NCBI GenBank assembly: GCA_008632985.1
Contig: QPGO01000019.1
Location: 310,001-374,000, forward strand
From: Psammoneis japonica
Taxonomy: Eukaryota
DNA: 64,000 bases
Direction of reading: 5' to 3'
A program made the position numbers and the translations under genes. The notes below the pieces were generated by a model, which saw nothing but the letters and a program-made list of their open reading frames with translations, had not been told where the DNA came from and ran no database searches. Shown piece after piece: positions 1 to 11,984 of this stretch (its first letter is position 1; every line of letters begins with the position of its first letter).

Positions 1-434
1 GCCTTTGTCTTGTTCTTCTCAAACTCTGAGAGCTTTCCACGGCACTCGCCCAGTTCCGCCCTGCACTCATGGATCAACTGTCTGTTCTCGAGCTCTCTGT
101 CTGCATCGTCTTTGGCTGCAGATGCCTTCAGCACTGGTTTCTTGCCACTGAAATCCTTGCAGTTCATGTCTTCCAGTGAATGGGTTAAGTGCACGCCCTG
201 TTCGCACTCCTTCTGGATGCAACGCACTGGCTTTGTCTTGACTTGCTTGAATGTTGCGTTGCAAGAGTTGCTGTTCATGGAGGACGGATGGAATTTCATC
301 TCCGTGGTGCAGTTCTTGCTGTTGAATGCCTTCTTCTTTGAGTTGGAAGATTTGTGGCCTTTGCTGCTGTTGCCGCGACCATTGTTGCGGTCTTTTCCTT
401 TTCTGTGCGGGTTGCTCGACCCTCTGTCACTCAT
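1..434 (-). pseudogene. N-terminal gag fragment of a Ty1/copia (CoDi-like) retrotransposon running off the window, TpA-purged
   Basis: Own translation from ATG 434: MSDRGSSNPHRKGKDRNNGRG...EMKFHPSS...ATFKQVKTKPVRCIQKECEQGVHLTHSLEDM...HECRAELGECRGKLSEFEKNKTKA. Open to the window edge, resembles diatom copia gag, has no Tyr. Confidence 0.6.
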
Positions 435-1134
435 TGCACAGGCTGCTGATTGTCTCCTTTTAGACTGCAGACTTTCCAGTTAACAAGCACTTGTTGCTTG
501 TGACTCTTTAGAGTGAATGTTGAACCGACGAGCCAATGGCGGCAAACGGGAATCTTACAAAGAATCCTCCGCTCTCGTCACACTCGTCCTGGTTGCTTGT
601 GCGGCTGTGGTTTGCCTGGAAGATTGCTCAACACAAACTTCGTTCACTTGTCAGACATTTGTTTTAACAGACACTTCCCCAGTGCCGATCGACATGGATG
701 ACAAACCAGATGGTTCACTCTAAAGAGTGAGAATGATGTTGCGTGAACGACAGATTGATGACGAAGAAGACACAGTCATCGGAATGCACAAGTCATCGGA
801 TTGCACACGTGTGGAGCCTCACACATCTTTCACTTCAATTCACACATGTTCGGGTTGCTTTCACCCCGCATTCAAATGCTCCAACACATCCACAGCACAG
901 GAGGTGCAGGGTGAACTTGGTCATGCAGGCGGTGGTTGTTCCCATGGCCATTCTGGTGAGTGTGTTTTGTGGCACTCAACATGTTTTTTGTTTGCTCACG
1001 TGCTTTCTTTCTGTGTTTCATTTGAGTTGCAGGGGTGGAGCTGGGTGTTCAATGTCTTGCACCATGTGGGTGCTCAACATCTTCTTGCACCGTCACACAC
1101 CAGTGTCCATGTTGCTGTGGAGTCAGTGGCGCCA

Positions 1135-1625
1135 GATGCCCTGGTGCACCGGCAAGTGTGTGTTGCTGTTCATGTCAGTTCATCTGTGTTGTGCTCTCAC
1201 AACATTCTCTTTGCTTTTTGGCAATGAATGAGGTGGATCAGAGCAACAGCACTTCTGCTGCAAACTTGCATGCTCCAGAATCAGCAGCGTTGGATGCACT
1301 GGTGAGTCCATGTTGCCATTCCCATGGGTTGTGTTGGTTCATCCATGTCACACTCTCACAACATGATCCACTCTTTTTGGCGCTGAATGAGGTGGAACAA
1401 AGCAGCGGCACTTCAAATCATGGAACATGGAACAGCAGAGCTCCTGCTGCAAACTCGCCTGCTCCAGAATCAGCAGATGCACCGGCAAGTCTACATTGCC
1501 ATTCCTGTTGGTGGTGTCAGTCCATCCACATTGTGCTCTCACAACATGTTCTGCACTTTTTGGCAATGATCAAGGTGGCTGCCAGCAGCAGCACTTCAAG
1601 AAAGCGAGCTGCAACTGCTGCTGCA
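1135..1625. repeat. About three degenerate tandem units of ~150-190 bp
   Basis: Recurring GCACCGGCAAGT/GCACTGGTGAGT...CTCTCACAACAT...TTTTTGGC...GCAGCACTTC blocks. Confidence 0.7.
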
Positions 1626-1721
1626 ATCTCTGGGATGTTGTCTCCATCAGCGCCATCTAAGAATTTAAATGCAAACAACAAAACAAAATGTTTGTGGCAC
1701 AGTGCAAATGATTTTAATTTG

Positions 1722-1985
1722 CAGGTTCTGCAGGGACAGAGGGCGGGCACTCTCACAGGGAAAACGTGCCCCTGTTTCACAGTGAAACAATTTTCCTCAC
1801 AGGGAGGGGGGGTTAGATCCCACAGCATGAAAATGTTCATCTGCCACAGTTGACAGGTTCTGCAGGAACAAGGGTGGGCACTCTCACAGGGAAAATGTGC
1901 CCCTGTTACACAGTGAAACAAGTTTTCCTCACAGGGAGGGGGGGTCAGATCCCCAGCATGAAAATGTTCATCTGCCACAGTTGAC
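1722..1985. repeat. Two-copy tandem duplication of ~132 bp
   Basis: CAGGTTCTGCAGG...CTCTCACAGGGAAAA...GGGAGGGGGGGT(T/C)AGATCCC...CATCTGCCACAGTTGACA occurs twice. Confidence 0.9.
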
Positions 1986-2948
1986 ATGTCATTGCCAGCT
2001 GCACAACTGACAAGGTTTGAACTGCAAAAACGACACCCACAAGAAGAACAAAAATCACTGTGAGAAAGGAGGTGTCGATCACCACATTGCACGCTCTGAT
2101 GTTGTTGTGCTGCACTGGCAGCTCTTGTTTTTGCCAGTGAGCACTTCTTGCAGCACTTGAGGCTGAGGAGATTCAAGGTGTTGTTGAGATTTTGATGTGC
2201 TGTGCCCCTTTGCTTGTCAAAAATGCAGCATTTTGTGGCATTTGGCACAGGCATCAGTGGACTTGGCAGCTTTGGACTGACTGGGGTCATGGGGCCATGC
2301 TTGGCAGCACCAAGGACCTCCAAGAAGCCTTGTGTGCTGAGATGAGAGAATCATGAGACAGCTGGTGTGGTGGGGGTGCAGCTGCTGCCCCAGCTGCTTG
2401 GAGGTGCTCCCCAGGGCAAACATCAAAAACAATGGACAAGGCATGATTTGGTTGGAGTCAACATCTCAAACTGTGTGTGTGGTTTGTTCTGGCACTCTGG
2501 CCAGACTGACACCAGATTGTCACTCACTGCAAGAGAGGGCAATGCAGTGCACTGCTGCAGCGTGGAAGGTCCAACATGCCCCACCTGGTGTGACCCCCAC
2601 TCCACTCGAGCCATCTCTGCCAGGTGATGTGCAGCACGCACGGTGCCGAAAGGTAGCGACACAAGTTATGAACACATTGTACAACATGACATTGTCTTCG
2701 AATTAAAAAAAGTTTTTATAAACGTGCACAAAATTCAGCAACAGCAAGCTCCGATCCACACGTTCCAATGCCTTTCCCAAAAGTTTGGTGCTTCTTCTTG
2801 TCGTCGACATTGGCATTCTTCGCTAACTAAGTGACCACATCTCTGCATATACTTGAGTGACACTGGCTATTTCTTCTATTTCGTGTACAAGAAAATATGG
2901 AGAAGCAAAGGGTGAGTCTGGAACGGATGTATTGAAATATTTGGTTGC

Positions 2949-4655
2949 TTAGACAGACTTACAATAGAAATTCCAAAATCCAGTCGTGTGTCCGTGAGCC
3001 TTTTTACAAGTCTCACAAAAAACAATTTCGCCAGGTTTGGGATGATGATGCTACAGCAACGATTGAAAGAAAAATTGTCGGCGCCTTGCGAAACTGAAAA
3101 AAGATACATTCGAGCATTGTCCCAAACCAGGCTTACCTGTGTAAGGCATCTACCTAGGTCACCCAGGGGCTAATATCGAATCGATAGGACCCAAAAGATC
3201 CCAGTTTAGACACCCACCTTGCGATTCAAGAAAAGAAAGACATTATGAAGAGTGATTTAATCATTCGGCAGCGTCGCATGAACAATGTTGAAAAAATTGT
3301 TACCCACCTCTGCCTAAGTTTTGCTCGTCGCATGGCCTGATGGCAATTGCAGTCGTTCCTATACGTTCGAGGCATTTGCTCGATCCTTTGACGCGAATCA
3401 TACTACCCTGTCCAGGTGCGCTAGAAATGGTCCATCTCGTGTTTCCTCCGCCGCAATTCTGAACCTTGATCTTTGATGATCCATCCATGCAATAAAACCA
3501 CTCCTGCGAAGAGAACATTACAATGATTAAGTCTCGATAGCATCAAGCCAACAGCGCAGAAGATAGCGATCGTTTGCTTACCCTAGTCTTCTCTTGCCAC
3601 CTGTAGAAAACAGTAAAACGGTGATAGAGCATGTTCGTTAGTCTATAAACACATACGTAGAGATTGATCAAGGAAAATATAACTTACGTGTAGCCTTTTT
3701 TCCAGTAGAGTCGAAGGCGACCAGATCTTCCACCAGTTGGAGTTGGAGATGTCGGCTTCGTCGTAGGCTTAATCGTCGGTTTTGGGTTTGGAGGCGGAGA
3801 CGGAGGTGTTGGACCTACTTTGTAACAATAATCTCTACCACTTACTCCCAAGCCGATACAACCCGGGACGCCCTGCCTACCTGTCAAGTTATCCAACATA
3901 TAAGTGAGAAAAAAAGTGAAGTGTTACAGAATCACAAAAAAATAGAATTTGTCAGGTACGTATGGTGAAAGAGGGGAAAAGAAACTGATCTTCTTACCTT
4001 TGCGCTGAAAGCACCTCAAGCCGGGCTGGCAATCCCTGTCTCTGTCGCAGTCACCTTGACACCGCTTCAAAGGAAATGCATATGACGGAATCTTGTTGTT
4101 TCCCGCTATGAAAAGGGTGCCAGGAGGACCTGGTGGCGGGGGTGGAGGTGTAGGACCAGCGTCACGTCTATCATAACAATAGTCTCTCCCACTAATTCCA
4201 GTGCCACTACACCCCGGAACGCGTTGCTTGCCTGTCAAATCAGAAGAAGGAAAAAGCAGAATTAGTAGTGTATGGGATCAGGTGATGCGACAGAAGACTT
4301 CTTCTTACCTTTGCGCTGAAACACCTCAAGCCCGGCCGGCAATCCCTGTCTCTGTCGCACTAAAGCCGAGCAAGGAGATAGAAGGTGAGCCAATGATGCG
4401 AGTAAAACACTGTCGTTCCTACCAGAAGCGCATTCTTGCGTTACGTACGTCGCCTTCACATTTCCTTAACGGAAATCGTGAACTTGGCCTCCCGTTATTT
4501 CCTTGCATTCTCAAACTTTGAAGACTTCTGTGCGCCGAAAATATAGAACTGTTTCTGAATTCAACTACGGTAGTCTGGTTTTCATTAGTGACGCCGCAAT
4601 TATCTTCAGCGATCACAAGAGCAAGAATAGCCACGAGCATCCAAATAAAGTTCAT
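2949..4655 (-). CDS. Frustulin-like secreted cell-wall protein: about two ACR domains, Pro-rich linkers, Trp-rich C-terminal domain; multi-exon, one apparent frameshift near 3166
   Basis: Signal peptide MNFIWMLVAILALVIA; CEGD, CQGDCDRDRDC..GLRCFQR and VPGC.G...RDYC motifs; PTPPPPPP linkers; RLRLYWKKGY; final exon HHHPKPGEIVFCETC..AHGHTTGFW; GT-AG introns. The 3' end is approximate. Confidence 0.8.
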
Positions 4656-5299
4656 CTTTTCAAGGACGTGACTGCAAAAGCTTTGTCCGACACGTAAAAC
4701 AAAGAGTGGCAACAAGACAGTGTTAGTTCGACAAGTAAGGCATTGAAGGAGGCGATGAAAATTGATACGGTGTGTTGGATATTGGACCACCAGTTTCTCC
4801 ATCCGACGGTATGTTTGCTTTTTTCGTTGTTTCTCTGCCCCGAAACTCACCCGTAAGAACGGTATTTATCAACTCAGAGGAATGGAGAAGGAGAGTCGAG
4901 ACTTCCTGAAGCACAAGTTGTGAGGCTTGACGCTTTTACAATACTCCTACCGGTAAGTACGCTGTCTCCTTTGACCTTTGTCGTTTGTCGTGAATTTGGT
5001 AATCGTTCGGATTTTGTGGGTCTGAAAAAACGCGACCGTTGCCGTTTTGTCGGCAAAATAGCATCATTCTGATGTATACAAAACGAATAGTTGCATTCGA
5101 AATTCAAATTTTTTTCCTGGGCTATTTTTTTCAAATTGATGATGCTTCCTACGGTATGACGTCACAGAGCAGCGTCTGTTCATGTCGTTTGTCCGTCCCT
5201 CCGTACAGAGGTGTCTGCTGCGTGGGTGATGTGCCACCGGTGGGACTAGAGACTCAAGGACATGCCATAAAAACTCATAAAATTGGTGTTTCAGGATGT

Positions 5300-8200
5300 G
5301 CAAGCCACTCGACGGGGGTCACCCCCGGTTGCAACCCGCAATTGACATGACATTTTTTGAAGGGGGGGAGGCATTTGCAGCAGCAGCAGTGTTGTTTGTT
5401 CTTGAAGAAGAACACACACAGAAGAGAAAACACCGTGAGCCGCGTCTTCTTGTTCCTGCATGCAAGAAGCCCCCTGTGTCATGTGTCTCTCATGCAAAAA
5501 CATGAAAACACAGTGTCAACCAATTGCTGGGATGACTCTGCAATCAGCCTCACTTTGGTTCTTGCAATCTCGATGCTGCAGCAAACTCTCGACTGCTGCA
5601 CAATGACCTCACAATCGAACTGTTGCGATTGATTGCAAACAAAATTAGAGCTCTTTTTCCAGCTAAATGAGTGGAACAGCTTGATTTCTTTTAGTGGGCT
5701 TTCATGTTGTGGCTCTTGTTCAGGACTCACACTCTGTTGTCAACAAGAATCCTGTGTTCTTGACAAGCCTTGATGATCATGATTGACAAAGGGAGTTTGA
5801 CAATTTTTAGAACCTTCCAAGTGGGATTTAATGGTTGATGGAAATCAGTCACATCATGTGCATGTTCTTGTCAATTTTGTTCATCCACTCATTTCAACAT
5901 CATTTTTGCATCCGTCCATGATTAAACTGCTGACCTTCCAAGCAGGAAATGACAGTTGATGAAACTCGTCACTTGCTCTGTTTCATCTTTAACAACCATG
6001 TTTTTTTGCAACAATGTTCTGACATTGCTCATTTGTGACAATGATGCTGTTCAATTTTCTTGTTAACTTGTTTGTGCATTGGCTCCACACTGTTCATTTT
6101 GTGCTGCGCAGTTGTTCCATTTTGTTGTTTCTGCACTGCACACCAAACAATCCTCCCTTTTTCCCGCTCCAGTTCCTGTTGTCCTTTGCAGTCCCCACAT
6201 GACGGGGTGTGATGTTTTGGTCCTCCTTGTGTCCTCCCTTGCACCCACTCTTGCTCTTTCTGTGATCGTCTGCACCAGGCAACAATTTCATCCTCCAATG
6301 ATCAATTTTACATTCCTTCCATTTGGTTGGCCAAAGCATCACCTGGCAACTGGAGGAGAAAACTTTGTGCCAATGATTGGGTTTTGTGCATGTCTTGTGT
6401 TTCACATGATCTTGCTTCACATGCTGCTTCTGCTCACCTTTTGTGCCCTTCCCCATTGCCCGTCTTCCATTGCAGCTCAGGTTGTGTGTCCAGATGTCTG
6501 TGTGCAAAGATGTGTGCAAGTGTCAGTTGTTTGCACAGTGTGCCTGATCTCCATGCACTTGCCACTTCTTTTTCTCCCATTGTGTCTTGTGTCCTGCATT
6601 TTGTTCCATCCCATCTGCAATGCCATTGCCTGTCCCACTGCTCTCATTGTCAGATGTCAAATGCGACTTGAGTTTGCATTTTTTGTGTCTCATGAGGGAG
6701 CGACAATTTTCATGGTTTTGGCCAAAATGATTCCCATTGGCATTGCTTTTTCAGCAACAACTTTGCTTTTAAAATCAATGATTTCATTGCAACATGATGG
6801 TGTGAATGATTTGAACAACCCCAATGAATCATCCAGTCATTGATGCCACACATGCCATTCAAGAACAAGTTTGATTTTGTCACATCAATGTGTTCTTGTC
6901 AAGATTGCAATTTTCACACTCGTGCTGCACACTCCCAGCTCCAGGGCTTCAATCAACACCTTTTTGCCATTTGGCAATTTCAAAAATTGCTGCTGCCAAC
7001 AAGACAATTGCCTCTCTCCAGGAAGCTCAGAAAGAGTCCCTCAATTCCAGTGAAATGACAACTTGGAGACCAACCTTGTAAAGAAAAAGGGCAACTTGAG
7101 GGTGGGCCAGGCTCTTCTGTTCTCTCTTGGTTTTCTGTCCAAACAAGAGACAGGAGGGAACACCATGAATTTCCATTCAGTGACTCCCTGCACTGGTTGT
7201 TGTCAGCTCCCCTGGGACACGATGGAGGCACCCAAAAGGCCATCCAAAGACAACTGGGCACTTGCACTGTCACGCGGCATGGAAAGCTCCCTTGTCTCTG
7301 CAGGTGAGGCGGCTGGGCCAAAGCAGCAAGCTGGTCACATCAGACAGAAAAGAGGCTGTGTTGGCCCAAGACTGGCTGTTCCTTCCCAACCACCATTGTT
7401 GTTCTTGCCTCCTCAGGGATCCAGCAATGAAGTCTCTTGTCCCCATCCCAAGACAACTGAGTGCTTGTGCTTCCAATCACACAAGACAAAAAGGAGCTGT
7501 GCTGGCCCAAGACCAGGCTTTTCCTTCCCAACCGTTGTTGTTCTTGCCTTCTCAGGGACCCAATGAAGTCTCTTGTGCCCATTCCAAGACAACTGAGCAC
7601 TTGCGCTGTCACACAGATGGCTCCCTTGTCTTTCTTGCAAATTGGTTCTTGGCTGGGCCAAACCCAGAGTCATGTCAGATGGACAAGGTGCTGGCTGCAT
7701 TGACACAAGACAAGGCCTGTGCTTCCCAACCATTGTTGTTGTTGTGTCCTCTGTGATCCACCAATGGAGTCACCAAGAAAAGCCATCCCAAGACAACTGG
7801 GCACACAGATGGTTTTCTCATCTCTGCAGGTGGGGTGGCAGGTCCAAACCCAGTCATGTCAGAGAGACAAAGGGCTGCATTGACACAAGACACTCCTTTG
7901 CTTTCCAACCATTGTTGTCGTTTCATCCTCTGGGACCCATGGAGTCACCCAATGTCACCCCAAGACAATGGAGCACTTGCCCTGTCATGACACAGATGGT
8001 TTTCCTGTCCTTGCAGGGCTGGGCCAAAGAACCCAGTCATGTCAAAGAGACAGGGTGCTGTGTGTTGACACAAGACAAGGCCTTTGCTTCCCAGCACTGT
8101 TGTCATTGCATCCTCTGGGACCCAATGGAGTCATCCAATGTCATCCCAAAATGTTGGAGCACTTGCACTGTCACAGATGTTTCCATTGTCTCTGCAGGTT

Positions 8201-11200
8201 GGCCAGCTGGGCCAAACCAGTCATGTCAGAAAGACAGGGTCTGCATTGACACAAGCCAAGGCATTTGCTCCCCAACCATGGTTGTCGGCATGTCCCTGGC
8301 AACCCACTGGAGTTCTCCAATGCCATCCCAAGACAACTGCACAACACTTCTGTCGGACAACCATTTTCATCATTTTGAGTGCACCCAAACAATGTGCAGT
8401 TTGTCAACGACATGGATTGAAGGCTTTGCAACAGCTCAGAGAGCATCCAATGTGCAGAAGGACATTGAACATGACCAATGGCAAGAGTCAACAAACACAA
8501 TCAGTGATGTTGAAGCCCCAACAGCAGGATTTGTCCGGAACTTGTTGTGCACAGGCAGCTCTCTCTGCAAGGCTCCAAGTGCCAGAAATCATCACACCTG
8601 CTGCAATGATGAGAACAGACTTTTTGATGGGCAATTTGACAAAGCAGAGCACAGACCAGTGCTGTCAACAGCCAATTGTAACTGGGGGCCACATGCCATG
8701 ACCTCGAGTGTGCACAACACACCACAACAGTTTGAGCTGGCAAACTCTGGCATGCCAAGACAGAAAACACATGCATCAATGTCTGTTTCTTCACTGCAAT
8801 GCCCAGTCTAGTTCACCCATCATTGTTGTTGAACAACGCAGTCACTGAAATGGGACAAAACAAACAATGCCCCAAGAGTCCTTGCACCAGTCACAACGAC
8901 AAGTGCAGTCATCATGTGAAACAGCAGATCATGACAAAAACACTCACACAGCAAACCCCCCTCACTGTTGCGCCATGCCCTGTGAGTGTCACTTGCACAC
9001 AAGAGAAGTCCAAGACATCCATGAAAATGGTCGAAGTCCCTGTGTCCTTCGCAAACTTGATCATGCTTTGTCCAGTTGCTCTCCAAAAGGTGGCATCCAA
9101 ATCCAGCTTCCAAAAAGATGTTCCAGACCCACAATTGTCTTTTCAACATCCATGAGCATCGTTCACATTGTTGACAAGATGAATGTGTCACACTGAGGGT
9201 GCGCACATTGTCCGTGCTTTTTTTCTTTTTTGCTCACAAGTGCGGATCTCAACCACCCAAAACTGGGACCCACCCTTTTTCCAAACCAAAGTGAGGCTGC
9301 ACCTGTGTGTGCCACACTGCATGAACAATGCATTGAGTGACATTCACATCATTTTGAAGAGACTGTGGCAACAAGCAATTTGTTCACACTCACCTGGGCC
9401 ATTTGTCTGGGTCTTGCACTCAACAAGCGCACATCACAGAATCGATGATTTCACAGCTGCTGCATTGGTCAAAGAGTGATTTTCACTCTGCAAGTGACAA
9501 ACTCTGCAGCACACAGAGAAAACACTTGTGTGAGCCACAGAGGCAACTTAAGCAAAAGCAGAGATCTGACAAATGGAAGGGAAAAAAAAAACAAAACTGT
9601 TCTTGACAAGTGTTTAAAATGTGGACAGAATGAGCCACACAGGTGGCTTAAAATGAGCAAGAAAAATTTGTTTGTTTGTGTGCTGAGAAACAAAATTGAC
9701 AATTGTCTGTGTTAAAGATCTGCAAATGTGATCAGCACACATGTGAAAATTTCAATCATTGACAAGTTGTGCTTTTGTTGAGCACAGAAACATGTTGCAG
9801 ACTGCAGGGGGCACCCAATTGCTGTGCCATTGCATTCAACCCATTGCTGCTCCACAGTGATGCAATCAAATGACTGCAATCTGATTGCTGCAGAAAACTT
9901 TGCAATTGGTCAATGCTGTGAAAACATCACGCACCATGATCAAAGCACAATGATGAAGGAACTGTCATCAATCTTTTTCTTAAAAACCCACAGCCTGCTG
10001 GCATTCTCCTCAAACACTCACCTTGCAACAACAGCGACTGCCGCCAAGTGCACTGTGGTGTGGTGTGCTGCAAGCCCTGGCAGAGCAATGTCAGCAGCAT
10101 GCATCACCCACAGTGTGTGGTGTCTCTGCACTGCAAACTCAAACTTGTTTTGCTCACACAGCCACAGGGCATGCTCTTGACGGAGCAACCCTTTGAGAGT
10201 GACAAGCTGGTTTGGTTTTCAATTGCTTGAAATGATGACACAGAGACTGGGTGCCTGACGAAGTTGCAGCAGCAGGGGGTGTTCAAGAGACAGACCTTGG
10301 CTCCTGTGCTCCTTGACTGTGCAGCAGCTCTGCCCATCCCTGCCCCTTTCATCTGTCATGTTTCATCCCTTGCCTTTGTAGAATCTGGTGCAACACAGCC
10401 ACTCAACAGTGTTTGCACCATGGCATGCACAGCAACAGGGCAGGCTGTGTTGCATGGGCTCATTCTTGTGTGCACACTCACACCCCTGCTCATGTGCAGA
10501 GATGCACAGAACAATTTTGTTCATTTTCAAATGGACAAATGCCCCCCACCATTGCAAACTTTTGTTCACTCTGGGGGCCTGCAAGAAAGCTGCATGTCCA
10601 TGCTTTGCACTTTCCCACTCTCAACACAGGGAAAAACTTGTAACCTTTGTTTGGCCATGAGGCACACTTGTCATTTCATCCATTTGCACAACTGTTGCAT
10701 CATTTTGTGTTCAGACAAGCCAGCTTCAAGTTTGTCTTAACTCATCCAGAGGGTGTGTTTGTGCCACACTTGTCTTGACACAACACTGGCTGGCCTGTGG
10801 ATCAGCACATGTGTGCGTGCAACTGCTGTCAGTGTCATTTTAATTTCACCTTTGTTGTGAAGCTCAAGGGGTTGCACTCTGCACACTGTCTTGTTCAAAC
10901 ATGACCCATTTTGTGATGAGTTGGCAAGATCACTGTGCTCCTCTCTTTTCCACCTGATCCAGAGCACAGGGGAGTTCAGTCAGCCTGGAGAGCACAGCAG
11001 CTCTTGTTTTGTGTTGTGTGTGGAGCAGCTTTGACAGTCCTTTTTTTGCACTTGCCAAAGCAACTGCCACAGAAATTGTGAGGGGCCAGTGCCAGTTCTT
11101 TTGACATCACTCATTTCATCATCCAGCACCAAGTCACAGGCAAAGTGCACCTGCTCACTTGAGAGCCACTGGATGCCTCTTCTTGCATCCAAATGTAAAA

Positions 11201-11600
11201 GTCTTCCAATGTTTTTGTTCATTTTGTTGCAATGAACATTGTTCAAATGTTGTCACAGCAATGCAGGCACATGATGGTCATCAGTGGTGTCTGCATCCAA
11301 GGATGACAATGCACTGACCCTCTTCATTTTCACAGTCAATTGAACTGGCAGTCCTCCAGAAGACAATTGAGCTGGCACAAGCACTCCTTTGCACATTCCC
11401 ACTGAGAGAATCAAGATGTAAAACTTGAATGGAAATGGCTCACCAAGCTGCCAATGCATTGCCAAAAAGTGACACCAAGTGATGCTCTTGAACAAAATTG
11501 CAGCCGTTGACACCTTTTCTTGGATTGTCAAAAGACTCTGATCTTCCAACACTCTCTTTCAATGGAAAAAGGCGAGAATCCAAGGCAGAAACACTTGATG
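5300..11600. mobile_element. Unclassified, heavily degenerate repeat block lacking both TpA and CpG
   Basis: Near-absence of TA and CG; spurious Cys/His/Met/Trp-rich ORFs in all six frames; contains a tandem array. Confidence 0.65.
7130..8350. repeat. Degenerate tandem array of about 6-7 units of ~125-190 bp
   Basis: Recurring CCCAAGACAACTG(A/G)GCAC, GCTGGGCCAAA...CAGTCATGTCAGA and TTGACACAAGAC...TTCCCAACC motifs. Confidence 0.8.
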
Positions 11601-11984
11601 CCGCTTCCATGCTCCTGCCAGCAGTTCCTAAGACAGAGTCTCACTCTTTGTCTGGCTTCTTATTGCCGATGCAATTCTTTCTTTGTTTCAGTTCTACCTG
11701 GGCGGGTTGTCATCCTTGGGCAGACTTGAGGAGATAAGGACCAACAACTCTGTCTGCACTCCATGTTTTGCACACATCCTCTTGCTGCCGATGTGCACGC
11801 ATAATTCCTCCACAATAATCAGGATACCGTGCTCTATTTTATGCCAAGTGGTTGAAGCTTCTAAAATAAACTTAAGAACATCGCAATTAATTAATGGAGC
11901 GAAACCCCCGCGTATTCGCACCTGACCAGAAGTGGCCTCATTACGCCTCCTTGCTATTGTTCTCGTTCACGAGAGCCCACAGGT

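Larger units (their letters stand above)
1..2650. mobile_element. Degenerate transposon block, TpA-depleted and increasingly CpG-depleted
   Basis: About 13 TA dinucleotides in 2640 bp by hand count, with strong TG/CA excess. Contains the gag fragment and internal tandem duplications. Confidence 0.75.

Noticed and set aside
1055..1070. LTR end plus primer-binding site for the gag fragment (minus strand ...CCCACA TGGTGCAAGA)
   Set aside because: Plausible, but there is no second LTR in the window to confirm it.
5300..11600. Many long Cys/His/Met/Trp-rich ORFs (e.g. 6079-6843, 7642-8811) as novel metal-binding proteins
   Set aside because: They occur in all six frames and lack Tyr. Loss of TA removes TAA/TAG stops and TG/CA excess creates these residues. 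The same applies to 41282-42367 and 48800-56250.
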